A stretch of DNA of 64,000 nt, taken from positions 256,001-320,000 of the forward strand of contig OZ243972.1 in the NCBI GenBank assembly GCA_965214705.1, in the 5' to 3' direction. Below, piece by piece: positions 1-9,378 of the stretch. Under the pieces are notes generated by a model, which was given only the letters and a program-made list of their open reading frames with translations, did no database searches and was not told the DNA's origin. Each line of letters opens with the position of its first letter. Positions within the stretch are counted from its first letter, which is position 1. The DNA is from Alphaproteobacteria bacterium. Its GTDB lineage: Bacteria; Pseudomonadota; Alphaproteobacteria; UBA828. The position numbers and the translations under genes are program-made.

Positions 1-51
1 GTTGTTGCGGCGCCCGCGCGCAGGGTCGCGCGCGGAGAGGAGGCGCGAGGC

Positions 52-1728
52 TCAGCCGATCGAGGTCGGCGCGAGGCGGGAGAGCTTGCGGGTCTCGGCG
101 GTGATCACGTCCACCACCGCCGGCTGGCCTTCGCGCGTGGCGCAGATCGCGCGCTCCAGAGCGGGCCTGAGCGCCTTGGGCTCGGTCACTGTCTCGGCGT
201 GGCAGCCGAGGCTCGCCGCAATGGTCGCGTAGTCGCCCTGCTGCCGGTTCGCCTCGAAGCGCGCCGAGGCCTCGGGGATGTTGCGGTCGTAGCCGGAGAA
301 GATCGAATCGTGCTTGATCACGGTGAGAATCGGGATGTCGTTGCGCGACGCGGTCTCCCAGTCCATGCCGGTCATGCCCACCGAGGCGTCGCCCATCACG
401 TTGACGACCAGCTTCTCGGGGTTTGCGAGCTTCGCGCCCATGGCAAGGCCGAGGGAGAAGCCGAGCTGCGAGGACTGGCCCCAGCCGAGATAGCTGCGCG
501 GCGGGCCTGATTCATAGAAGACGCTCTGGATGTCCCGCGAGGCGCCGGACTCGTGGGTGAGCATCGTCGTCTCTGGATCGAGGACGGACCAGAGCTCGCG
601 CATCATGCGGTAGCCGTTGATCGGCGCCGAATCGTCGGCGAAGAGCGGCTCGTACTCGGCGTGCCACTCGCCCTTGATGCGGGCGATGGTGTCGGCAGTC
701 TCGGCGCGCTGTTCGGCGCGGCCATCGCCCACGTGGCGCCTGAGCTCGGCGGCGAGCTGCGCGAGGAAGAGCTTCGCGTCGGCCACGATGCCGACGGCGG
801 CGGCATATTCCTTGTTGATGTCGATGGGGTCCACGGTCGCGTGGATGATGGTCTTGCCGTCAGGAAGCGCCGGCGTGAAGGGCGCGCGGGTCAGACTGGA
901 GCCCACGGCGAGCACGCAATCGCTCGCCTGCAGGTAGTGGGCGGCCATGGCGGTGGTGGAGAGCGCGCCCACGCCCGCAGCCAGCGGGTGCGCCTCGGGG
1001 ATCGCGCTCTTGCCCTGCAGTGTCGTCATCGCAGGCGCGCCGAGCAGCTCCGCGACCTCGCGTAGCTCGTCACTCGCCTCGGCCCAGAGCACGCCCTGGC
1101 CGGCCCAGATCAGCGGTGTCTCGGCGGCGAGCAGACGCTCGGCCGCCTCCCGCACCGCCCCCTCGTCGGCCGCGGAGCGCATGCGCCTGACCGGCGTGTA
1201 CTCGGGCGCACCATTCACCTCGCCCGCGCACGCATCGCCCAGCAGCTCCAGCATCACCGGCTGCGGCCGGCCGGAGCGGAGCGCCGTGAAGGCCTGACGC
1301 AGCTTGATCGGCATGTGGTCGGCGGCCAGCACCTTCTGCGCCATCTTCGTGGTGGCGGCGTAATTCGCCTTGCTGTCGAAGGTGGGGGGCTGATCCACAT
1401 AGGACGTGCCGGGGTGGCCGGGGAGGAACAGCACCGGCGACGAATCCGTGTGCGCCTGGGCAACGCCGGCAAACGCGTTCTCCGACCCCGCCAGCGCCTG
1501 AACCGTGAAGACGCCGATCTCGCGCCCGTTGGTGGAGCGCGAGACGCCATCCGCCATGTTGCCGGCGACGCGCTCCTGCCGCGTGGTGATGACGCGCAAG
1601 CCGGCGCGTGCCATGGCCTCGATGATCGGGGTCATGGGGAAGCAGAGGCACTGGCGGACGCCTTCCGCCTTCAGAATTTTCACCAAGAGATCGGCGCCGG
1701 TCATGCTGGCCTCCCCACTGTCCACCAT
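52..1728 (-). CDS. Thiamine pyrophosphate-dependent enzyme (acetolactate synthase-like superfamily)
   Basis: 558-aa ORF with N-terminal 'TRQERVAGNMADG' (catalytic Glu region) and C-terminal TPP motif 'VMGDASVG'. The start may be the second Met at 1704. Confidence 0.85.
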   Translation of the reverse strand: MVDSGEASMTGADLLVKILKAEGVRQCLCFPMTPIIEAMARAGLRVITTRQERVAGNMADGVSRSTNGREIGVFTVQALAGSENAFAGVAQAHTDSSPVLFLPGHPGTSYVDQPPTFDSKANYAATTKMAQKVLAADHMPIKLRQAFTALRSGRPQPVMLELLGDACAGEVNGAPEYTPVRRMRSAADEGAVREAAERLLAAETPLIWAGQGVLWAEASDELREVAELLGAPAMTTLQGKSAIPEAHPLAAGVGALSTTAMAAHYLQASDCVLAVGSSLTRAPFTPALPDGKTIIHATVDPIDINKEYAAAVGIVADAKLFLAQLAAELRRHVGDGRAEQRAETADTIARIKGEWHAEYEPLFADDSAPINGYRMMRELWSVLDPETTMLTHESGASRDIQSVFYESGPPRSYLGWGQSSQLGFSLGLAMGAKLANPEKLVVNVMGDASVGMTGMDWETASRNDIPILTVIKHDSIFSGYDRNIPEASARFEANRQQGDYATIAASLGCHAETVTEPKALRPALERAICATREGQPAVVDVITAETRKLSRLAPTSIG

Positions 1729-1786
1729 TCCGATTTAGGCGCGCGCCCGCCGCCCCGGCACGGGGCGTGGCGCTGAAGTCGAGCGT

Positions 1787-2656
1787 TCAGAGCGTGGCGA
1801 GGGCCTCGACTGCATTCAGGTCCGGCGCCGTGCTGCCGTCGGGATCGAGGGGCTGGATGCAGACGTGGCTTGCGCCCGCGTCGAAGTGCTCCCTGATCCG
1901 CGCGCGCACGGCCTCGGGCTTGCCCCAGGCGACCATGGCGTCGAGGAAGCGGTCGCTGCCCCGCTCGCCCAGCTCGTCCTCGCCGAAGCCGAGGCTGAGC
2001 CAGTTGTTGCGGTAGTTCGTGAGCGGCATGTAGATGCCGAGGGTCTGCGCCGCCACATTGCGGGCCGTCGATGCCTCGTTGGTGACGCAGACCTTCTGCT
2101 CGACGCAGAGCCAGGCGTCCGGCCCCACGATCTCGCGTGCCCGCGCGGTGTGCTCCGGCGTCACGTTGTAGGGATGCGCGCCCCGCGTGCGCTCGGTAGC
2201 CAGAGCCAGCATCCGGGGGCCAAGAGCGGCGAGCACGACGTTCCGCTCCTGCGCAGGGATGGCCACCTCGGCGGCATCCATGGCGTCGAGGTAGGCGCGC
2301 ATGGTCGCCACGGGCCTGTTGTAGGTATGCCCGCGGAAACCCTCCACCAGCGGCACGTGCGAGACGCCGAGCCCGAGCACGAAGCGGTCGCCATAGAAAT
2401 GGTTGAGGGTATCGTGGCCGGAAATGGCAGCCACCGCGTCGCGCGCATAGATGTTGGCGATGCCGCTCGCGGCGCAGAGCCGCTCCGTCTCCGACAGCAC
2501 GAAGGCGGCGAAGCTGAGGCTCTCGAAGCCCGTGCCCTCGGGATACCAGAGCGCGTCGTAGCCCAGGCCTTCCGCCGCCTGCGCAAAGGCCGCGACCTCG
2601 CGCGCCGATGGCGCATCCGGGAATATCCACACCCCACGCTTGCCCAACTCTTTCAT
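1787..2656 (-). CDS. LLM-class (luciferase-like) oxidoreductase, probably F420-dependent TIGR03620 type
   Basis: Motifs 'AEGLGYDALWYPE', 'SGIANIYARD', 'FVLGLGVSH', 'AALGPRML', 'HFDAGASHVCIQ'. Start set at ATG 2656 (MKELGKRGVW). Confidence 0.8.
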   Translation of the reverse strand: MKELGKRGVWIFPDAPSAREVAAFAQAAEGLGYDALWYPEGTGFESLSFAAFVLSETERLCAASGIANIYARDAVAAISGHDTLNHFYGDRFVLGLGVSHVPLVEGFRGHTYNRPVATMRAYLDAMDAAEVAIPAQERNVVLAALGPRMLALATERTRGAHPYNVTPEHTARAREIVGPDAWLCVEQKVCVTNEASTARNVAAQTLGIYMPLTNYRNNWLSLGFGEDELGERGSDRFLDAMVAWGKPEAVRARIREHFDAGASHVCIQPLDPDGSTAPDLNAVEALATL

Positions 2657-2780
2657 GCCGCGCCTCTCCCACTCCGTCCCTGGCCCGATGCGCCGGAACC
2701 TAGCACGGATCGGAGCCAGATGACCCGGACGCGAGACGGGGGTTATCCTGCCCACCCGTTCACGACCGGGAGCAGGAGGC

Positions 2781-3149
2781 ATGGCAGGCGAGACGGCCGC
2801 CCATCACGGCAGGGACAAGGTGTACCAGCGGCGCTTCGACAGGCAGCTGCGCGCGCATCTCAGGACCCTCATCACGCCGGCGCTCATCGAGGAGTACCGC
2901 GCGAGCCCGCTCGGCCAGCATTCGGGCGATCTGGAACGCGTACTCAACTACTTCCGGCGCGGGCCCTTCGAAGGCAAGTACGTGCTGTTCGAGCTTGAGG
3001 CCAATGCTAAGTACAAGATCGTGACCACCACGGCGCAGGAGGGCGGCCTGCCCCGGGACGTCGACGGGACCATCTACACCGACAAGAACGAGGCGCTCCA
3101 CGCGGTCTTCCTCATGCGGGTGGACGCGCTGATGGCAAGCGACGCCTGA
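2781..3149 (+). CDS. N,N-dimethylformamidase small (alpha) subunit-like protein
   Basis: 122 aa with 'EEYRASPLGQHSGDLERVLNYFRR' and 'EALHAVFLMR', directly upstream of the large subunit gene. Confidence 0.7.
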   Translation: MAGETAAHHGRDKVYQRRFDRQLRAHLRTLITPALIEEYRASPLGQHSGDLERVLNYFRRGPFEGKYVLFELEANAKYKIVTTTAQEGGLPRDVDGTIYTDKNEALHAVFLMRVDALMASDA

Positions 3150-3168
3150 AGGCCTGGGGGACAGAGCG

Positions 3169-5451
3169 ATGGCAGAGATTCACCTGGCGGGCTACTGCGA
3201 CCGCTTCAGCGCACGGCCGGGCGAGCGGCTCGACATCATGGTGAACGCCGAGGGCACGGACCGGGTCGAGCTTCAGCTGGTGCGCCTGATCCACGGCGAC
3301 GAGAACCCGGAGGGGCCCGGCTTCGTCGAGCGCGAGGTGGATGCGCCGGTGAACGGAACGCACGCCGTGGCTAAGCAACACACGCAGCTCGGGAGCTTCG
3401 TCCGCGTCGCGGACCCGGATGGCCGGCTTGCCACGAGCGGTCCCTTCACCCTCTGGGCCTACATCTGGCCCCGGACGCCTGACGATGGCCGCCAGGGCAT
3501 CCTCACCCGCTGGTCCATCGCCGACGGTCGTGGCTACGCGCTCAGCATCGCAGAGAGCGGTGCGCTCGAGTTCCAGTTGGGCAACGGCGACATCACGGGA
3601 GTGCTCGAGGCCGACATTCCGCTGATCGCGCGCCAGTGGTACCTGGTCGCCGCCTCCTACGACCCGGCGAGCGGCGAGGCCACGCTCTATCAGGAGCCCA
3701 TCGAGAACCGCTACAACAACCTCCTCTCCAAGATCGTGCCGCTGCCGCGCTCCTGCCACCTGAGCGCGCGGCTCGAAGTGAACCCCGCTGCGGCGGACGC
3801 TGACTTTTTCTGGGCGGCGACCCAAGACCGTTTCGGGGAGCGGGGCGCCTTCGCGAGCCAGCTCTACAACGGCAAGATCGACCGCGCGGGCGTCGCCGGT
3901 GCGGTGCTAAGCCGAGAGACACTCGACCGCGCACGGGAGGCCGGCGGCGCGCCGGCAACCGACGCGGTCATCGCGGCCTGGGACACCACGGCCGGCTACA
4001 GCGAGACCGGCATCGGCGACACGGTGGTCGACACCGGCCCCCACGGACTCCACGGCCAGGGCGTCAACCGGCCGGTGCGGGGCATGACCGGCTTCAACTG
4101 GAGCGGCCACGAGGATTGCTTCCGTTACGCGCCTCATCAGTTCGGCGGCATCGAGTTCCACGAGGATGCGCTGGCCGACTGCGGCTGGCAGCCCACCGTC
4201 TCCATGGAGGTGCCGGACGTGAAGAGCGGCGTCTACGCCGCGAGGCTCCGGGCGGGCGATGCGGAGGAGCACGTGGTCTTCTTCCTGCGGCCGAAGGAGC
4301 CCTCGGCGCCCATCGCGATGCTGATGCCCACCTGCAGCTACCTCGCCTACGCCAACGAGCGCATCGGCCTCGACACCGGCATGGCCCAGGTGCTGAGCAG
4401 CCAGGTGACGGTGATCCACGAATGGGACCTGGAGCTGCGCCAGCGGCGGGAATACGGCCTCTCCTGCTACGACAGCCACCGGGACGGCGCGGGCGTCTGC
4501 TACACCACCCGACTGCGGCCGATCTTCAACATGCGGCCCAAGCACCGCATGGCGCCCACGGTCGTGCCCTGGCAGTTCCCGGCCGACCTCTCGGTCATCT
4601 ACTGGCTCGAGACCATGGGCTACGACTACGACGTGATCACCGACGAGGACCTGCACCAGGAGGGCCTAGCCTGCCTCGAGCCCTACAACGTCGTCATCAA
4701 CGCCACCCATGCCGAGTACTACTCCGAGGCCATGATGGACGCGACCGAGGACTATCTCGCGTCCGGCGGCCGGCTCATGTACCTCTCCGGCAACGGCTAT
4801 TACTGGGTGGTCTCCTTCTGCGCAGGCGACATGGACGTGATGGAGGTCCGCCGCCTCGACTTGGGCACGCGGTCCTGGAACGCCGAGCCCGGCGAGCACT
4901 ACATGGTCAGCAACGGGGAGCGCGGCGGCCTCTGGCGCGGGCGCGGGAGGGCGCCCCAAAAACTCGTGGGCACCGGCTTCACCTCCGAGGGCATGGACGA
5001 ATCCAAGCCCTACCGCAAGATGCCGGATGCCGAGAACCCCGCCGCCGCCTGGATCTTCGAGGGCATCGACGGCGACATCATCGGCGATGAGGGGCTGGCC
5101 GTGGGCGGCGCCGCCGGCATCGAGTTCGACCGCTACGACCTGGCGCTCGGCACGCCGCCCCACACGCTGATCCTCGCCTCATCCGAGGGCCATTCGGACA
5201 ACTTCCCCCTGGTGGTGGAGGACATCCTCTGCAACTACCCCGGCATGGGCGGCACGCAGGATCATCGCATCCGCGCGGACATGACCTACTTCACGGCGCC
5301 GAACGAGGGCGCGGTGTGGTCCGCAAGCTCCATCGCCTGGGGCCAGGCGCTCCCCATCAACGGCTGCGACAACAGCGCATCGAAGGTGACCGCCAACGTC
5401 CTGAACGCGTTCATGAAGCCCGGCCCGTTGCCTGGGGGTGGAACGGGGTGA
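3169..5451 (+). CDS. N,N-dimethylformamidase large (beta) subunit family protein
   Basis: 760 aa with LamG-like N-terminal part and motifs 'PTCSYLAYANE', 'YGLSCYDSHRDG', 'HAEYYS', 'LSGNGYYW'. Confidence 0.85.
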   Translation: MAEIHLAGYCDRFSARPGERLDIMVNAEGTDRVELQLVRLIHGDENPEGPGFVEREVDAPVNGTHAVAKQHTQLGSFVRVADPDGRLATSGPFTLWAYIWPRTPDDGRQGILTRWSIADGRGYALSIAESGALEFQLGNGDITGVLEADIPLIARQWYLVAASYDPASGEATLYQEPIENRYNNLLSKIVPLPRSCHLSARLEVNPAAADADFFWAATQDRFGERGAFASQLYNGKIDRAGVAGAVLSRETLDRAREAGGAPATDAVIAAWDTTAGYSETGIGDTVVDTGPHGLHGQGVNRPVRGMTGFNWSGHEDCFRYAPHQFGGIEFHEDALADCGWQPTVSMEVPDVKSGVYAARLRAGDAEEHVVFFLRPKEPSAPIAMLMPTCSYLAYANERIGLDTGMAQVLSSQVTVIHEWDLELRQRREYGLSCYDSHRDGAGVCYTTRLRPIFNMRPKHRMAPTVVPWQFPADLSVIYWLETMGYDYDVITDEDLHQEGLACLEPYNVVINATHAEYYSEAMMDATEDYLASGGRLMYLSGNGYYWVVSFCAGDMDVMEVRRLDLGTRSWNAEPGEHYMVSNGERGGLWRGRGRAPQKLVGTGFTSEGMDESKPYRKMPDAENPAAAWIFEGIDGDIIGDEGLAVGGAAGIEFDRYDLALGTPPHTLILASSEGHSDNFPLVVEDILCNYPGMGGTQDHRIRADMTYFTAPNEGAVWSASSIAWGQALPINGCDNSASKVTANVLNAFMKPGPLPGGGTG

Positions 5452-5496
5452 GCTCGCGCCTTTCCCACTTCATTTGACTAGCGTCGGCCGTCATAC

Positions 5497-5521
5497 TTGA
5501 CATTAGTGCCCCATTGGGGCA
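5497..5521 (+). promoter_or_regulatory. Putative TA promoter -35 box and palindromic operator
   Basis: TTGACA at 5497-5502, followed by the 7-1-7 palindrome TGCCCCA-T-TGGGGCA (5507-5521) just before the toxin start. Confidence 0.5.
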
Positions 5522-5531
5522 TATATCTTTC

Positions 5532-5870
5532 ATGCGGACGGTGGTCGAAACTCCGACATTCTCCCGCCAGGCCGACAAACTATTCAACGAAGATGACAAG
5601 CGCGAACTTATTGACCTCCTTGCGGTGAGCCCATTGGCAGGAGACGAGATTCCGGGGACGGGCGGCGTTCGAAAGCTGCGGTTTGCAGCCTCAGGGCGTG
5701 GCAAGCGCGGTGGCGCGCGGGTGATCTACTACTATCTTGATGACGCGATACCGGTCTACGCGCTGCTCGCCTACGCAAAGGCCGCGAAGACAGATTTGAC
5801 GTCGAAAGAACGGCGCGCGGTCACGACCATCGCGGCTCAACTCAAAGCGGCAAGAAAGGGCATGAGATGA
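5532..5870 (+). CDS. RelE/HigB-family toxin
   Basis: 'GDEIPGTGGVRKLRF...GKRGGARVIYY' motif; toxin-first order and overlap with an HTH gene. Confidence 0.85.
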   Translation: MRTVVETPTFSRQADKLFNEDDKRELIDLLAVSPLAGDEIPGTGGVRKLRFAASGRGKRGGARVIYYYLDDAIPVYALLAYAKAAKTDLTSKERRAVTTIAAQLKAARKGMR

Positions 5871-6145
5871 GCACGTTTGGTGACGATCTGATCCAGTCCC
5901 TCAAGGAAGCCGTAGCCCACGCAAAGGGCGAAGGCCCCGGTATCGTGCATGAGCCCGTTAGCCCGCGCACAGTGCGCGAACAGGCGAAGCTCACCCAGGC
6001 ACAAATGGCGCCCCTGATGGGTATGAGCCTCTCCGGCTACCGAAAATGGGAGCAGGGAGCGCGCAGGATAAGCGGCCCGGCGGCCACGCTCTTGCGCGTA
6101 ATTGAGAGGGAGCCGGAAGCCGTCAAGCGCGCGCTGTCGAACTGA
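5867..6145 (+). CDS. HigA-type XRE HTH antitoxin
   Basis: 'LTQAQMAPLMGMSLSGYRKWEQG' HTH; ATGA overlap with the toxin gene. Confidence 0.85.
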   Translation: MSTFGDDLIQSLKEAVAHAKGEGPGIVHEPVSPRTVREQAKLTQAQMAPLMGMSLSGYRKWEQGARRISGPAATLLRVIEREPEAVKRALSN

Positions 6146-6196
6146 CGGATTTTGCGAGCGAAAAGGTGGGTTACGGAATCGGCTGACGCCCGCCCA

Positions 6197-7873
6197 TCAC
6201 CTGCTCCCCGCCCTTCCTTCGCCCAAACGTCTCAGGGCCTCGTTCATCAGGATCACCGGGCCGGTGCCGGCGAGCACGATGAGGAGTGCCGGCACCGCCG
6301 CCTGCTCCAGGAGCTCGTCCTTGGCGAACTGGTAGAGGTGGGTCGCGAGCGTATCGAAGCCGAAGGGGCGGAGCAGGAGCGTCATCGGCAGCTCCTTCAT
6401 CACGTCGACGAACACCAGGAGCCCGCCGGCGAGGAACGAGGTGCCGAGCAATGGCAGGATCACGCGGAAGATATTGGCCGGCAGGCTCAGGCCCAGAACC
6501 CGGCCGGCCGACACCGTATTGGGCGGCAGGCGGTTCATGCCCGACGTCAGCGCGCCGTAGCCGATCGCCTGGAAGCGCACCATGCAGGCGAACAGCACGA
6601 GCCCGATCCCGCCGGTAAGGAAACCATCGAACGAAAGCCCCATCACGCCCGAAATCAGGCCGTCGAGCCCGCGATCCACCGCGCCGGCGAAGGTGACAAC
6701 GCCGATGGCGAGGATCGTGCCGGGGAAGGCGTAGCCGGAGGACGCGATACCGGCCAGCGCCGTGAGCGGGCGGCTCGGCCGGTAGGCGACGGTTACCACC
6801 ATCAGCGCCGCAGCCGCCATCACCAGAGCCGCCACGGCGAGCGCCACAACCACCGAGTTGAGCGTGACCGTCAGCACGCCGCCGTAATCAGGCAGCGCGT
6901 AACCCTTGACCACGAAGCTGAGAAGCACGCCCACGGGAATGAGAAATCCCACCGTCACCGGCAGCAAGCACGCGGCGAGGCAGGCTGCCGCCTGCGCCGG
7001 CCCAGCGCGCAGCCGCGCGAGGCTCCGCATGCGTCGGCCGGTGTCCACGTAGCGCCGGCGGCGACGTGACATCAACTCCAGCACCAGCATCGCGATGACG
7101 AAGAGGAAGCCCAGCGAGGCGATCTGCGCGGCCGCCGGCAGGCTGTTCATGCCGAGCCAGACGTTGAAGATGCCGAGCGTCAGCGTCTCCAGCGCGAAGT
7201 AGTCCACGGTGCCGAAGTCGGAGACCGTCTCCATCAGCACGAGCGCGAGGCCAGCGGCGATGGCGGGCCTGGCCAGCGGCAGGCCGACAGTGCGGAAGAG
7301 GCCGCGGTCGTGTACCCGCGCGATCTCGAAGAGCGTGTGCGGCGTCAGTTTGAAGGCCGTCCGCGCCATCATGTAGACGTAGGGGTAGAGCACCGCCCCC
7401 ATCACCACGATAGCGCCGCCCATGGAGCGAATCTCGGGGAACCAGTAGTCCCGCCGCGTCTGCCAGCCGAAGGCATCGCGCAACGCGCCCTGCACCGGCC
7501 CGGCATAGTCGAGGAAGTCGGTGTAGACGTAGGCGATGAGGTAGGCCGGCACGGCGAAGGGCAGCACCAGCATCCATTCGAACACCCGGCGGCCGGGAAA
7601 TTCGTAGCGCGTCACCACCCAGGCGGTGCTCACCCCCAGCACCAGGCTGAGCCCGCCCACGCCTGCCATCAGCGCAATCGTGTTCGCGACATAGCGGGGC
7701 AGTACCGTTGAGAAGAGGTGCGCCCAGAGCCCGCCGCTATCCCCGGTCGCGGCAGCGAGCACCGAGAGGATCGGCGCCGCCATGATCAGCGCGACCACGA
7801 GCGCAGCAACGAACCAACGATTCGGCCGGGCGAGGTAAGCCCGGCGCGCCAGCGTAGCCGTAGGGCTTACCAC
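6197..7873 (-). CDS. fbpB: Fe3+ ABC transporter permease (FbpB/FutB type)
   Basis: Hydrophobic two-repeat permease with 'LPLARPAIAAG' and 'KELPMTLLLRPFGFDTLA'. GTG start overlaps the end of the upstream binding-protein gene. Confidence 0.85.
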   Translation of the reverse strand: MVSPTATLARRAYLARPNRWFVAALVVALIMAAPILSVLAAATGDSGGLWAHLFSTVLPRYVANTIALMAGVGGLSLVLGVSTAWVVTRYEFPGRRVFEWMLVLPFAVPAYLIAYVYTDFLDYAGPVQGALRDAFGWQTRRDYWFPEIRSMGGAIVVMGAVLYPYVYMMARTAFKLTPHTLFEIARVHDRGLFRTVGLPLARPAIAAGLALVLMETVSDFGTVDYFALETLTLGIFNVWLGMNSLPAAAQIASLGFLFVIAMLVLELMSRRRRRYVDTGRRMRSLARLRAGPAQAAACLAACLLPVTVGFLIPVGVLLSFVVKGYALPDYGGVLTVTLNSVVVALAVAALVMAAAALMVVTVAYRPSRPLTALAGIASSGYAFPGTILAIGVVTFAGAVDRGLDGLISGVMGLSFDGFLTGGIGLVLFACMVRFQAIGYGALTSGMNRLPPNTVSAGRVLGLSLPANIFRVILPLLGTSFLAGGLLVFVDVMKELPMTLLLRPFGFDTLATHLYQFAKDELLEQAAVPALLIVLAGTGPVILMNEALRRLGEGRAGSR

Positions 7874-8979
7874 CCGGTGCGGTCGATCACGCGTTGAGCA
7901 GCGGGTGCGAGTTCGGCAATGCGCACGATCGGCAGCGCGTCTTCCTTGAACGTGCCCCAGGCACGAACCGCCGGGGCGGCCTCGACGGCGAGATTCACGG
8001 GAAACTCGAAGTTGACGGTGCCGTAGAGCTCCTGTGCGTCCCTCTTGGTCAGGAATTCGAGGAACGCCACCGCCGTCTCCTTGTTCTTCGAGTGCTTGGC
8101 AACACCGCCGCCGGAGATGTTGATGTGCGTGCCACGGTCGTCCTGATTGGGAAAGATCATGGTCATGGACGCGGCCCACTCCCGCTGCGCCTCGATGTCC
8201 GAGGACGAGAGCTTGCCGTAATAATAGCTGTTAATCAGGGCGACGTCGCAGAGGCCCTCGTAGATTGCCTTGACCTGCGCCCGGTCGTTGCCTTGCGGCC
8301 TGCGAGCGAGGTTGGCCACGAGGCCAGTGGCCCACTCCTCCGCGCCTTCTTCCCCATGAGCGGCGATCATCGAGGCCATCATGGCCCTGTTGTAGACGTG
8401 GCTGCCGGGCCGCGAACAGACGAGCCCGGCCCATTCGGGGTCCGCCAGGTCTTCGTAGGTCGCGATCGCACCGGGTTCCACGCGACCCTTGGAGACCGCG
8501 ATCACCCGCGCCCGCTTGGACAGCGCAAACCAGCGCCCGCCGGGATCGCGCAGATGGGCCGGCACCGCCTCGGTCAGCACCGCGGACTCGACCGGCGCTA
8601 GCAGGTCCTTGTCCGCATAGATGGCGAGGCGCCCGATATCCACCGTCAGCACCACGTCGGCCGGGCTGTTCTTGCCCTCGGCCTGGAGCCGCTGGGCGAG
8701 ACCCTTGGAGGCGTAGACCACGTTGACCTTCACCCCGGTCTCGGCGGTGAAGGCCTCCAGAAAGGGCTCGATCAGGAAGGGCTGACGGTGGGAATAGAGG
8801 TTGAGCTCGTCCGCCGCCTGCGCGCCGTCAGCGGCCCAGGCGAGGCCGACAAGGCCTGCGAGCATTCCCAACAAACCGACGCGGGCCGGCGACCGCACTG
8901 CGGCCCCGACGCGCGCCAGCCTCCCACGCACCGCGCGGGCCGTGCGCTCGCCAGGAGCAGCGACCGCAATCCCACGCAT
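7867..8979 (-). CDS. futA: Fe3+ ABC transporter substrate-binding protein (FutA/FbpA type)
   Basis: 'LNLYSHRQ', 'SPADVVLTVD', 'GNDRAQVKAI', 'NSYYYG' (Tyr-Tyr iron ligands); GGAGG RBS before ATG 8979. Confidence 0.85.
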   Translation of the reverse strand: MRGIAVAAPGERTARAVRGRLARVGAAVRSPARVGLLGMLAGLVGLAWAADGAQAADELNLYSHRQPFLIEPFLEAFTAETGVKVNVVYASKGLAQRLQAEGKNSPADVVLTVDIGRLAIYADKDLLAPVESAVLTEAVPAHLRDPGGRWFALSKRARVIAVSKGRVEPGAIATYEDLADPEWAGLVCSRPGSHVYNRAMMASMIAAHGEEGAEEWATGLVANLARRPQGNDRAQVKAIYEGLCDVALINSYYYGKLSSSDIEAQREWAASMTMIFPNQDDRGTHINISGGGVAKHSKNKETAVAFLEFLTKRDAQELYGTVNFEFPVNLAVEAAPAVRAWGTFKEDALPIVRIAELAPAAQRVIDRTGW

Positions 8980-9011
8980 GGGCGTGCCTCCCTGTGGATC
9001 CATGCTGCAAA

Positions 9012-9026
9012 CGCAAACGAGTTGCA
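9012..9026. promoter_or_regulatory. Possible Fur/Mur-type iron box
   Basis: Imperfect palindrome CGCAAACGAGTTGCA about 35 bp upstream of the iron-binding protein start. Weak match only. Confidence 0.3.
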
Positions 9027-9378
9027 TGCGCATCGTAATCCGCCGCTCACCCCCTGACAACCCGGTTTGGACCAGTCCCGTACTTCGCGAGACGTCCCGA
9101 GTGCGCGGTCCACGCGGGGTGTGGAGAGTGAGATGGACCGGGCCGCTAGGCCCGGACGGCGCGACTGCGCCGCGCGCGTAGCGCGTAGACTAACGAGTGA
9201 TTGTATCGTTAGGCATGTTCGAAAGGACATAAGGTGACATTTTGTGGTATATTGCAATGGTTTAGGAGAACACTGCGAAGCATTTCACCTTTTCGAGGCG
9301 ACATGAGATGCCTTTCGGTTCCTTTCGCGTGTTGGGCTATGTGTTGACAGATGGCTGCCTCCATGATCCAATGACGCC

